A DNA stretch of 64,000 nucleotides from an uncultured bacterium (GTDB lineage: Bacteria; Acidobacteriota; HRBIN11; JAKEFK01), in assembly GCA_963777505.1 (NCBI GenBank), contig CAVZQN010000004.1, positions 128,001-192,000 on the forward strand, read 5' to 3'. How positions within the stretch are numbered: position 1 is the stretch's first letter; every line of letters begins with the position of its first letter. The position numbers and the translations under genes were made by a program. The notes beneath the pieces are model-generated. The model worked only from the letters and a program-made list of their open reading frames with translations, ran no database searches and was not told where the DNA came from. Below are positions 19,208 to 30,190 of this stretch, one piece after another.

Positions 19208-20300
19208 ATGAATAGACTCCTACTACTCGTCTCGCTTTTACTGAGCTCAATTTGTATAGCACAAACTGAAAATGAGGGTGAGGCTGAAGAACCTCCCGCT
19301 GTAACCTTTAGCGGATTTTTGGAAGCTTATTACTCTTATGACTTCGATAATCCCGATGATCATAAACGGCCATTTTTTCTTTACTCGTATAACAAGCACA
19401 ATGAAGTCAATATCAATCTTGCTTACCTTAAGGCTGCTTACAATTCGGAAAGAGTTCGCGGCAATCTTGCCCTTATGGCTGGTACATATGCAAACGCAAA
19501 CCTTGCTGCAGAATCAGGAGTTTTAAAGAATATTTATGAAGCCAATGGAGGCATCAAGGTTTCTCAAGATCGGGATCTCTGGATCGATGCAGGAATTTTT
19601 GGTTCTCATATTGGTTTCGAAACCGCAATTGGACCAAGCAACTGGACATTAACCCGCAGCATTCTTGCTGAAAATTCTCCATACTACGAGTCCGGCGCAA
19701 AAGTTTCTTACACATACTGATGGGGGAGAGTGGTTTTTTAGCGGATTAATCTTAAACGGCTGGCAACGGATTGAAAGACCAGAAGGGAATAATACTCCAG
19801 CATTTGGAACTCAATTAACCTATAAGCCGAGCGATACATTCTTCTTCAACTACAGCACTTTTATCGGAAATGATAAACCAGATGATGCAAAGCAATGGCG
19901 TAATTTCCATGACTTTTATGCGATAGCTCAGCTCACTCCAAAATTCGGGATCACCGCAGGATTCGATATTGGTTTTGAAGAAGAACCGCCAGGCGGTGAG
20001 GGCTATAACACCTGGTGGACACCGATCGTGATCGTGAGATATTCAGCAACAGACAAAATCAACATTGCTGCAAGAGCGGAATATTACAGCGATGAAGACG
20101 GAGTGATTGTTGCTACAGGAACACCAAATGGATTCAAGACAGCCAGTTACTCAGTCAATGTTGATTACGCATTTACCGATCATATTCTCTGGCGAATTGA
20201 GGGACGAGGATTTCACAGCGAAGATGACATTTTTAACGTGACCGAAGATCCATCCTCATCCAATTTTGCAATGACTACATCGCTGTCTTTGACATTTTGA
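19208..20300 (+). CDS. Outer-membrane beta-barrel porin (BBP2-like), +1 frameshift near 19710
   Basis: Signal peptide; amphipathic beta pattern (FSGFLEAYYSYDF, SHIGFE, AENSPYY, RAEYYSD); C-terminal Phe (SLSLTF). Confidence 0.82.
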
Positions 20301-20303
20301 AGT

Positions 20304-20333
20304 GTACGGGGCGGGTCTTAGACCCGCCCCTAC
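20304..20333. repeat. GTAG-type REP palindrome
   Basis: GGGGCGGGTCT-T-AGACCCGCCCC perfect palindrome followed by TAC. Confidence 0.85.
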
Positions 20334-20348
20334 GAACAGGAGCTTGTT

Positions 20349-20435
20349 ATGTGGGATCTTTTTTTTATCGGATTAACAATCGTTTTTTTCTTACTCAGTC
20401 TCGCTTACGTGCGAGGATGTGAGAAATTGCAGTAG
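20349..20435 (+). CDS. 28-aa single-TM peptide upstream of kdpF (not in the ORF track)
   Basis: MWDLFFIGLTIVFFLLSLAYVRGCEKLQ*; RBS CAGGAG; its stop overlaps the kdpF RBS. Confidence 0.75.
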   Translation: MWDLFFIGLTIVFFLLSLAYVRGCEKLQ

Positions 20436-20445
20436 GAGAAACATT

Positions 20446-20535
20446 ATGGGTCTCGAATCAATTTTAGGGCTGACCGTTTCTGTATTGCTGCTTTTCTATT
20501 TGGTCTACGCGTTGTTGAGTCCCGAGAGGTTCTAA
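20446..20535 (+). CDS. kdpF: K+-transporting ATPase subunit F (not in the ORF track)
   Basis: MGLESILGLTVSVLLLFYLVYALLSPERF* with the hallmark YLxYALLxPExF; RBS AGGAG; 1 bp before kdpA. Confidence 0.92.
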   Translation: MGLESILGLTVSVLLLFYLVYALLSPERF

Positions 20536-20536
20536 G

Positions 20537-22337
20537 ATGACAATCAACGGCTGGCTACAAATTCTTTTTTATTTTCTATTGATTCTGTTGGTGACAAAAC
20601 CAATTGGCGTATTCATGGCACGTGTTTTTAACCGTGAAAAAACATTTCTCGATCCCGTTTTGAGACCAATTGAAAGGTTGATTTATAAATTGACCGGGGT
20701 TGATGAGAATCGTGAAATGCGTTGGACGGAATACGCGGTTGCGATGTTGCTGTTTAGCGTTGTTTCCATGGTTGTTCTTTATTTCATGCAACGGTTGCAG
20801 CATATTCTGCCTTTCAATCCGCAAAACTTAGCTGCGATTAATGAACATTCGTCTTTTAATACAGCAGCATCTTTTACGACAAACACAAACTGGCAGAGTT
20901 ATGTGCCTGAAGTAACGATGAGCTATCTCACACAGATGGCAGGCCTGGCTTATCACAACTTCATTTCTGCGGCTGTTGGAATTGCACTTGCAATCGCTTT
21001 CATACGCGGGATAGCCAGACGGGAAATGAATACGATTGGAAATTTCTGGGTTGATACGGTACGAGCAACTCTGTGGGTGCTGTTGCCGTTTTGCGTTGTT
21101 GGTGCTCTGTTTCTAGTTTCGCAAGGCGTGGTTCAAAATCTGAACCCATACGACACGGTTCAGCTTGTTGGAAAAACAAACGACTGAAGTCGATAAAAAG
21201 GATGAGGCAGGAAATGTCATTACAAATCCGGATGGCACCACTGCTAAGAAATCAACACAAACAATCGCTCAAGGCCCGGTAGCATCTCAAGAATTCATAA
21301 AAGAATGGGGAACGAATGGCGGCGGATTTTTCAATGCAAATAGTTCACATCCATTCGAAAATCCGACACCGTTTTCAAACTTAATTGAAATGTTTGCGAT
21401 TTTTGCGATTTCAGCTGGACTCACTTACACCCTAGGTCAGAATGACCGGCTCACAAAAACATGGATGGGCAGTATTCGCCGCAATGGCATTTCTCTTTTT
21501 TGTAGGCGTCACGGTAGCGTACTGGGCCGAATCGAATGGAAATCCATTGTTAACCGGTACAGATCAAAGCACGAGTGCAACGCAATCCGGCGGCAATATG
21601 GAAGGGAAGGAAATTCGATTTGGACTTGCGAATAGTGCTTTGTTTGCGACCGTAACCACGGATGCGTCCTGCGGCGCAGTAAATTCGATGCACGATTCCT
21701 ACACCCGCATTGGGCGGATTGGTACCGCTTTCAAACATCATGCTCAGTGAAGTGGTCTTTGGCGGAGTCGGCGCAGGAATGTACGGAGTACTCATCTATA
21801 TAGTGCTCTCGGTTTTCATTGCAGGATTAATGGTTGGCAGAACGCCAGAATATTTAGGAAAAAAGATCGAATCCTATGACGTAAAGATGGCAATGCTGAA
21901 TATTCTGATTTTTCCTCTCTTCATACTCGTTCTTACTGGCATTTCTGTAGTTGCATCATTTGGATCTATCCAGTATTTGGAATCCTGGGCCCCATGGGCT
22001 AAGCGAAGTTTTGTATGCCTTCACTTCTGGAACTGGAAATAACGGATCGGCTTTCGCAGGAATTTCAGCGAACACTCCCTGGTATAACACGACGATCGGC
22101 CTAGCGATGCTGTTTGGCCGCTTCTTCATGATTATTCCAGTGCTGGCTTTAGCAGGAAATCTCGCACGGAAGAAAACAGTGCCAGCAAGTCCAGGCACTT
22201 TTCCAGTAACCACGCCTTTATTCACTGTCTTACTTGTAAGTGTGATTTTGATTGTCGGTGCACTGACATTTTTTCCGGTACTAAGCCTTGGACCTATTGT
22301 GGAACATCTGTTGCTGTATGCCGGAAAAACATTTTGA
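20537..22337 (+). CDS. kdpA: K+-transporting ATPase subunit A (four apparent +1 frameshifts)
   Basis: [37 protein letters not shown] and NNGSAFAG filter motifs, spread over five ORF fragments. Confidence 0.93.
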
Positions 22338-22347
22338 GGTTGTATAA

Positions 22348-24393
22348 ATGACAACGAAAGCAAAGAAACAAGCGATTTGGAATACGCAAATTGTAACGCG
22401 TGCTCTGATTGATTCCTTTAAGAAACTAAATCCACGGATCATGATGAAGAATCCTGTCATGTTTGTTGTGGAAGTGGGGAGTGTAATCACAACGATCTTG
22501 TTGATTCGGGACCTCATGGCAGGCACCGGTGGTATCGGGTTCGCACTTCAAATCACGCTCTGGCTCTGGTTCACAGTATTGTTTGCAAATTTTGCTGAAG
22601 CGATGGCTGAAGGCCGCGGAAAAGCGCAGGCTGAAAATCTAAAAAAAGCGCGAACCGAAATCTAACGCACATCGCGCTTTTGCCAAAGGAGAAACTGAAA
22701 CAGTTCCCGCTCCAAAATTACGCAAGGATGATGTTGTTATTGTTTCGGCCGGCGAATTCATTCCAAGTGATGGTGAAATTATTGAAGGTGTCGCTTCAGT
22801 GGATGAATCTGCAATTACAGGTGAATCTGCTCCCGTTATCCGTGAAGCAGGTGGAGACCGCTCTGCAGTTACAGGCGGAACCCGTGTCTTATCAGACCAA
22901 ATCAAAGTCCGAATCACATCGAATCCAGGTGAGACTTTTCTTGATCGAATGATTGGACTGGTTGAAGGAGCGACACGACAAAAGACGCCGAATGAAATCG
23001 CATTAAATATTTTGCTTGCAGGTTTAACCATCATCTTTCTTGTTTGCTGTCGTTACTCTGCAACCTTTTGCGATTTATTCAAAAGCACCACAATCCATTT
23101 TTGTATTGGTTTCACTGCTGGTTTGTCTGATTCCAACAACAATCGGTGGTTTGCTTTCAGCAATCGGTATTGCTGGAATGGATCGTTTAATTCAACACAA
23201 TGTTCTTGCAATGTCTGGACGATCCGTAGAGGCTGCAGGAGATGTAAATACGTTGTTGTTGGATAAAACGGGAACGATCACACTTGGCAACCGTCAGGCA
23301 TCCGAATTTATTCCGCTTCCTGGAGTTGATGAAACCACGCTTGCTGATGCTGCTCAGCTTTCTTCGCTTGCGGACGAAACTCCTGAAGGTCGAAGCATCG
23401 TTGTATTAGCAAAAGAAAAATATAAAATGCGTGGCCGTGAGCTGGCACCGCACGAAGCTCGTTTCATTAAATTCAGCGCACAAACACGGATGTCGGGTGT
23501 TGATTATGATGGCCGGATCATTCGAAAAGGTGCAGCGGATGCAATCGAGAAATTTGTTGTCAGCAATCAGGGTGCTGCTCCAAAAGAGTTGCGTGAAATT
23601 GTAGAACGCATTGCAAAAGCCGGCGGCACACCACTTGTTGTCGCGGAGAATGCAAAAGCACTCGGTGTCATTCACTTAAAAGACATTGTTAAAGGTGGAA
23701 TGAAAGAACGGTTTACTCAACTGCGGGCGATGGGAATTAAAACAATCATGATCACCGGTGATAATCCACTCACTGCCGCTTCTATCGCAGCTGAAGCCGG
23801 TGTCGATGATTTTCTGGCTGAAGCAACACCTGAAGAAAAAATGACGTTGATTAAGAAGGAACAAACTGAAGGCAAACTTGTAGCAATGACTGGTGATGGT
23901 ACGAACGACGCTCCTGCGCTGGCTCAAGCCGACGTTGCTGTCGCAATGAATACAGGGACGCAAGCTGCGAAAGAAGCAGGAAATATGGTGGATCTGGATT
24001 CGAATCCTACGAAGCTAATTGAAATTGTTGAGATCGGGAAACAGCTCTTGATGACGCGCGGAGCTCTGACAACATTTTCAATTTCAAATGATGTCGCAAA
24101 ATACTTTGCGATAATTCCTGCGATGTTTTCTGCTGCCTTTCCGGTTTTGAATGCATTAAACATCATGGGCTTACGCACGCCTCAATCAGCAATTCTTTCT
24201 GCCGTAATTTTCAATGCGCTAATTATCATCGCTTTGATCCCACTCGCTCTTCGCGGTGTAAAATACAGGCCGACTTCCGGCTGCTGCTCTATTAAGGAGG
24301 AATCTGGTGGTTTATGGAGTTGGCGGCATAATCGTTCCATTTATAGGCATCAAAATCATTGATGTTTTCATCAATGCAATCGGACTTGCGTAA
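22348..24393 (+). CDS. kdpB: K+-transporting P-type ATPase subunit B (three apparent +1 frameshifts)
   Basis: [54 protein letters not shown]. Confidence 0.95.
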
Positions 24394-24397
24394 CGAA

Positions 24398-24430
24398 TTT
24401 GCAGCGCCGGCGGGCCGCCGGCGCTACAAA
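24398..24430. repeat. GTAG-type REP-like hairpin between kdpB and kdpC
   Basis: TTTGCAGCGCCGGCGG-G-CCGCCGGCGCTACAAA, 16-bp arms with one mismatch. Confidence 0.7.
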
Positions 24431-24444
24431 CAGGAGAGGTGAAT

Positions 24445-25004
24445 ATGAAAAATCTGAAGATTGCAATTTTAATGACGATTGTAACAACGCTTTTTCTTGG
24501 AATCGATTTATCCACTCGTAGTAACAGGTCTTGCTCAAGTTTTGTTTCCTGACAAAGCGAATGGACAATTAATTAAAAGATAAAAATGGAGCTGTTATCG
24601 GCTCTCGAATCATCGGTCAACCATTTTCATCCTCCAAATATTTTCATTCACGACCTTCGGCCGCGGGCGCAGTCGGCTATGATGCAGGAGCTTCCAGTGG
24701 TTCGAACCTTGGCCCCACAAACCAGAAGCTGATTGACCGCGTAAAAGCTGATGTGGAAAAACGACAGGCGGAAAATCCAGGTACGCCCGTTCCAATTGAT
24801 CTTGTCACTACATCTTCATCAGGACTTGATCCGCACATTTCTCCGGCTGCTGCAGAATTTCAGGTTCCACGAATTGCACGTGAACGTGGTATGAGTGAAG
24901 AGGAACTCCGAAAGCTTGTGGCCAAACATACTGAGGGCAGGCAATTTGGATTTTTAGGAGAACCACGGGTGAATGTACTTTTGTTGAATTTGGATCTTGA
25001 TTAA
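24445..25004 (+). CDS. kdpC: K+-transporting ATPase subunit C (two apparent +1 frameshifts)
   Basis: MKNLKIAIL.., [64 protein letters not shown]. Confidence 0.92.
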
Positions 25005-25020
25005 CCGCAAAGACGCAGAG
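25003..25020 (+). repeat. ACCGCAAAGACGCAGAG-family short repeat
   Basis: AACCGCAAAGACGCAGAG fills the gap between the convergent kdpC and boxR stops. Confidence 0.75.
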
Positions 25021-25021
25021 G

Positions 25022-25852
25022 CTATTTCTTATAAAGATCTACAATCTGCTTGACGCTCTTTGAAATTCCAAGTGATGAAGTATCGATTGTGTGATCGGCC
25101 ATTGCATATAATGCCTCGCGGCCGCGCAATAAAGTTTGAAGTTGTTCCATTGCATTCGGATTATTCGCCATAGGTCGGGGATCTTGCTGCAGCACGCGAT
25201 CCCAATGGTCCTGCGGGTTTGCTTTGAGCCAGAACGTGACGCAGTGTTGTCTGAAGATGTTGTAGGTATCTTCCCTGGTTACGATACCACCACCGGTTGC
25301 GAGAACTGCAGGAGTACGGCTCGCAAGAAATTCTACGAGTACTTCGCGTTCCAAACGTCTGTAATATTCTTCGCCATGCACTTCAAAAATATTTTGTAAT
25401 CGAAGACCTGCTGCCCGTTCGATTCGATCGTCCAGTTCAACAAAATTCTTTTTCAGTCTTGTTGCTGACTTTTTTCCCAATTGTTGTTTTGCCAGCGCCT
25501 CGTAATCCGATTAATGCAATCACCGGTTTACTTTGATCCAGTTTTTGCCGCAAGCCATAAACGCAACTCTTCCATTTGATCGGGACGCAATAAAGTGAGT
25601 TGTGTCAGAATGGATTGATTTTCTGCGGCATGTCTTCGCGAATTGGATAAACCAGAAATGAGAGTTGTAACGGGCACCTGAAGCGCAGAACAAACTGCAA
25701 GTAATCGGTAAACGCAATATTGCCACGTCCGGCTTCCAGTTCCGCTAGAAAACGGAGACTCAAACCGGAAAGTCTGGAGAGCTCTTGACGGGAAATTCCA
25801 CGCTCCTGACGTAAAAAGGAAATTCGCCGCCCAGCTCGGTAAGCGCATTCAT
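25022..25852 (-). CDS. boxR: BzdR/BoxR-type regulator (XRE HTH plus shikimate-kinase-like domain), frameshifted
   Basis: RQERGISRQELSRLSGLSLRFLAELEAGRGNI HTH; IALIGLRGAGKTTIG, FVELD, HGEEYYRRLE, VLATGGGIV; divergent from boxC. Confidence 0.82.
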
Positions 25853-25855
25853 AAT

Positions 25856-25915
25856 AGGAACTATACTGCATCTCATATTCAATTGACAAGTGTTAATGTA
25901 TGCATTAAAATTCAT
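25856..25915 (+). promoter_or_regulatory. boxC sigma-70 promoter with TGCA-type operator sites
   Basis: TTGACA (25883)-N17-TAAAAT (25906); ATGCATTAAAATTCAT (25900-25915) covers the -10; AGGAACTATACTGCAT (25856-25871) lies near the boxR start. Confidence 0.65.
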
Positions 25916-25947
25916 TCATCCTCAGAAGCATTATCTTAAGGTGACCC

Positions 25948-27581
25948 ATGATTTCATTTGAAACATCTCCCGATCAGTACCGTCATTGGAAATTAAGTTT
26001 TCCTGAGAAAAATATTGCATTTCTTGAATTGGATGTTCAAGAAGATGCGCCGTTAAAACCAGAATACAAGCTCAAGCTGAATTCCTATGATCTAGGAGTC
26101 GATATTGAGCTTGCTGATGCGATTCAACGTTTGCGATTTGAGCATCCTGAAATTAGTGCGGTTGTTGTTCGAAGCGGGAAGAACAACATTTTTTGCGCTG
26201 GTGCGAATATTTTTATGCTTGGAACAAGCAGTCATTCATTCAAAGTCAATTTTTGCAAATATACAAATGAAACACGACTCGCGATTGAAGATGCCAGTGA
26301 GAACAGCGGACAACGTTATATTGCTGCGTGCAATGGAACGACAGCAGGTGGTGGATACGAGCTTGCGCTTGCCTGCGACGAAATCGTTCTGGTTGATGAT
26401 GGAAACAGTGCTGTTAGTTTGCCTGAAACTCCGCTGCTTGCCGTACTTCCCGGTACTGGTGGATTAACGCGTCTTGTTGATAAAAGGAAAGTGCGTCGCG
26501 ATCAAGCTGATGTATTTTGCACACTTGCTGAAGGCATCAAAGGCCAGCGAGCCGTAGATTGGAATTTAGTGGATACGCTTAGCGCCTCGAAGCAAGTTTG
26601 ATCAAATCGTTCTGGAACATGCCCGCAGGCACGCGGCACATGATCAAAGCGAAAAGGGTCCGGGTATTGTGTTGACCCCAGTAAATCCTGAAATCACCGA
26701 TAACGAAGTTCGTTATCAAAATGTGACATTGACTTTTGATCGAGCGCGAAGAGTTGCAACTCTTTTGGTACGTGGTCCTGAAGAAGATCTGCCTGACACA
26801 CTGCCGGCAATTTTAGAATTGGGTTCAGAGTATTATCCACTTCAAACTTTTCGCGAAATCGATCGTGCTCTTCTTCATTTACGTTTCAATGAACCTGAAA
26901 TTGGATTGTTGATTATAAAAACGAAAGGAAATATTGAAAATGTAAGAAAGATGGATGAGACGCTCGCTGCTCATTCAACGAATTGGTTTGTACAAGAAGT
27001 GCTTCTATATATGAAGCGTACTCTGAAGCGTCTCGATCAAACGGCGCGAAGCATGTTTGCATTGATCGAACCTGGTTCCTGTTTTGCAGGCAGTTTGCTG
27101 GAGCTGGCTCTGGCAGCGGATCGTTCGTACATGCTGGATAGTCCGGAGGAAGAAGTCGCAATTGAGCTGACGTCAATGAATACAGGATTTTTCCCGATGG
27201 CGAATGGATTGTCCCGATTGAATAGTCGATTTCAATCGGACTGCAGAGAAAGTACAAATGATTGTTGAAAAGCAGAAAAAATATAATGCGGCAGGAGCGT
27301 TGGAAGCCGGTCTTGTGACATTTGCGATTGATGATATCGATTATGAGGATGATGTGCGGGTTGCCATCGAGGAACGTGCGAGTCTTTCGCCGGATGCATT
27401 GACAGGAATGGAAGCAAATCTTCGTTGGGGTGGACCTGAAACGATGGAAACGAAAATTTTTGCGCGTTTGTCCGCGTGGCAAAATTGGATTTTTACCAGA
27501 CCAAATGCAGTTGGTGAACGCGGCGCATTAACTTTGTATGGAAAACCAGAACGTCCAGTGTTCGATTACAAGCGAACTTAA
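25948..27581 (+). CDS. boxC: 2,3-epoxybenzoyl-CoA dihydrolase (two apparent +1 frameshifts)
   Basis: YRHWKL, LKLNSYDLGVDIELADA, KVNFCKYTNETR, AGGGYELALAC, SPDALTGMEANLR, RLSAWQNWIF. Confidence 0.93.
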
Positions 27582-27619
27582 GTTGGTGGCCGCCGTGCAA
27601 ATCTGCTTCACAAACACCT

Positions 27620-27643
27620 GGGCGACCCAAGAGTCGCCCCTAC
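27620..27643 (-). repeat. GTAG-type REP palindrome between boxC and boxB
   Basis: Minus strand GTAGGGGCGACTCTTGGGTCGCCC. Confidence 0.7.
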
Positions 27644-27672
27644 TAGCTTACGTTTTATTGTTGGAGTTTCAT

Positions 27673-29100
27673 ATGCAAATAAATCAAACTGAAAAAATCC
27701 CAAATAATGTAAATCTCAGTGAGGATCGGCGTTTGCAGCGAGCGTTAGAAACGTGGCTGCCCGATTACTTGAAATGGTGGATGGAAATGGGACCGTCTGA
27801 TTTTCAAACCGATCAGATTTATCTTCGAACGGCCATTTCAGTTGAACCTTCTGGTTGGGCTCATTTTGATTATGTAAAGATGCCTGATTATCGTTGGGGA
27901 ATTTTTCTCGCACCAAGTCCAAACAGTGAAGGAAAAATAAGGTTTGGAGATTTTGAAGGTCAGCCTGTATGGACTGACGTTCCTGGTGAATTCAGGAATT
28001 GGCTTCGCCGAATCATCGTCACACAGGGCGATACCGAGCCAGCAAGTGTAGAACAACAGCGATTGCTCGGTCACACTGCGCCAAGTCTTTACGATCTCCG
28101 AAATCTATTTCAGGTAAATGTTGAAGAAGGCCGTCATCTCTGGGCCATGGTTTATTTATTGCACAAACATTTTGGCCGAGATGGACGCGAAGAAGCTGAA
28201 GCACTTCTTGACCGTCGCAGCGGCAATCCTGATAAGCCGCGAATTCTTGGCGCATTCAATCAACCCGTAGAAAACTGGCTCGACTTTTTTATGTTTACGA
28301 TGTTCACGGATCGCGATGGAAAATATCAACTGCTCGCTCTCAGCGAAAGCGGTTTCGATCCGCTGGCGCGAACAACAAAGTTCATGCTTACCGAAGAAGC
28401 GCATCATATGTTTGTCGGTGAAACGGAATTTACCGGGTTGTTCAACGTACATGCGAGTTGATGAAGCAGGATCCAAATCAAGATGTTCGCAAATTAGGAG
28501 GGATCGATCTTCCTACGATTCAGAAATATATCAATCTCTGGTACAGCTTAAGTGCCGATTTGTTTGGTGGTGAGATTTCGACGAATGCTGCAAATTATTT
28601 TGGCGCAAGTTTAAAAGGTAGAAACCAGGAAGCGTCGCAACCAGATCATCAGGCAAAAGATCAAAGCTATAAAATGGCCGTACTTGAAGATGGCAAACTT
28701 GTGGATCAGGAAATTCCGTTGCGTACAGCTATGAATGAAGTGCTCCGTGATTCCTATATAGATGATTGCCAGAGGGGTGTTGACCGCTGGAACAAAGTCA
28801 TTCGCGACGCGGGTGTTGAGTATCAACTCACACTTCCGAACCGACGGTTCAATCGACATATCGGGATCTATGCAGGTCTTTATTGCACTCCGGAAGGCAA
28901 GCTTGATTAACAAGGAGGAATGGGAAGCCAATGTCCATAACTGGTTGCCCAGCGATTCAGATCGTGAATATGTGCAAAGCCTTATGAAGTCCGTCTATGA
29001 AATAGGCAAAATAGCGAACTGGATTGCGCCGCCAGTACGAGGGATTAACAGCAATCCATTTGAATTTGCTTATGTAAAGTTTGAAAACGTCCCGGCGTGA
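27673..29100 (+). CDS. boxB: Benzoyl-CoA 2,3-epoxidase di-iron subunit (two apparent frameshifts)
   Basis: KIPNNVNL, QGDTEPASVEQQ, NVEEGRHLW and TEEAHHMFVGE (two ExxH), IANWIAPP; RBS GGAG before ATG 27673. Confidence 0.93.
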
Positions 29101-29173
29101 TATAGGGATGCGCGATGCGTGATGTTGCATCATTTCCGATGAATCGGTAGGATGTCCAGGGAAGGAGGGAGTC

Positions 29174-30077
29174 ATGAAAAAAAGGGATTCTGTCTTTTGT
29201 CATTGTCTTAGCATTAGCTTTACCGGGATTTGCAGAAAAAGTATCCGGCCAATTTAAAGCAAGCACCAAAGCTGCAATTAAACCCACAGCAGTAACTGCG
29301 TTTCCGGCTCGTTCAGTTCAAGACCCGTTGAAATGGGTAACTGCGTTAGTTCTGGCAGAAGGTTCAATGAACACGGCTGAAGCCCTTCAATCGCTTGATC
29401 CGCGAACAGCATTAATTAACCAGGAGGGGATGCAGGGCAAAAACTATATCAGCTTCTGGATCCGTCCGGATGGTTATGTAGGGATGAATGCTACATATAG
29501 TGAAGGGATGGTGCAGTATCTCGATTCCACTAAAAATAAAGATGGCGAACCAGGTCTTACAAGCGAAAGTTTGGAAGCAACATTTACTGAAAATAGTGCA
29601 AATCGTGTGGCAGGGCGCATCCGCACAACGAAGCCTGGAAAAACAATGAGCGGGGAAACTTATGAACTGGATGTTGAGTTCGATACTCAAGTGACACGCC
29701 CTCCTGCCGGCAAAAAACTGGGACCGGGCGGCGGAGAGCCTGGCAAGGCGCTGATGTCATTGTTTGAAGCGATGAAAACAAACAATTGGAAAGGTGTTCA
29801 AGCCGGAGTTTCTTCAAGAATACTTCAATCTGATGCTAGCCCTGATGCTACTGACGCAGACAACTTAAAAGCTGTTATTGATTCTATTAGTTTTCTTTTA
29901 CCAAAAGGAAAAAATAAGAAGATCCTGGGTGGTGAGGAAAGTAAGGATCGTGCGGTTCTCGAATTGCAAGGTGAAATGGAAGATGGTGCCGGAAACATGC
30001 TTTATTTGGTCCAAATGTTAAAGGAACCAACCGGTTGGCGTTTTGATCGCTCCACCATGTCCGGCTTCCTTGACTGA
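29174..30077 (+). CDS. Secreted hypothetical protein (one extra A in the homopolymer after the start)
   Basis: RBS GGAGG; removing one A from the A7 run gives signal peptide MKKGILSFVIVLALALPGFA in frame with ORF 29328-30077. Confidence 0.7.
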
Positions 30078-30082
30078 GCATT

Positions 30083-30116
30083 GCTCCCTTGCACCCCTGC
30101 TCCTCCGCCCCCCTGC
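30083..30116 (+). repeat. Short tandem octamer repeat (GCNCCYYY, four units)
   Basis: GCTCCCTT GCACCCCT GCTCCTCC GCCCCCCT GC right after a stop codon. Confidence 0.55.
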
Positions 30117-30190
30117 GTCTGGCTAGCCGCATCAGTTAGCCATCGCAGGTTGGCTGTATAATATTAAAAGCACATCATCACGGAGGAATT

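Noticed and set aside
25022-25480. Stand-alone shikimate kinase (aroK)
   Set aside because: It continues upstream across frameshifts into an XRE HTH and faces boxC, which is the BzdR/BoxR architecture
27538-27672. N-terminal extension of BoxB in the ORF track
   Set aside because: It overlaps the boxC end and a REP; ATG 27673 has an RBS and matches the BoxB N-terminus
20537-29100. kdpABC and boxRCB as true pseudogenes or programmed frameshifts
   Set aside because: The breaks are almost all +1 single-base insertions with no shared slippery motif, no nonsense substitutions seen and intact catalytic motifs; sequencing error is simpler
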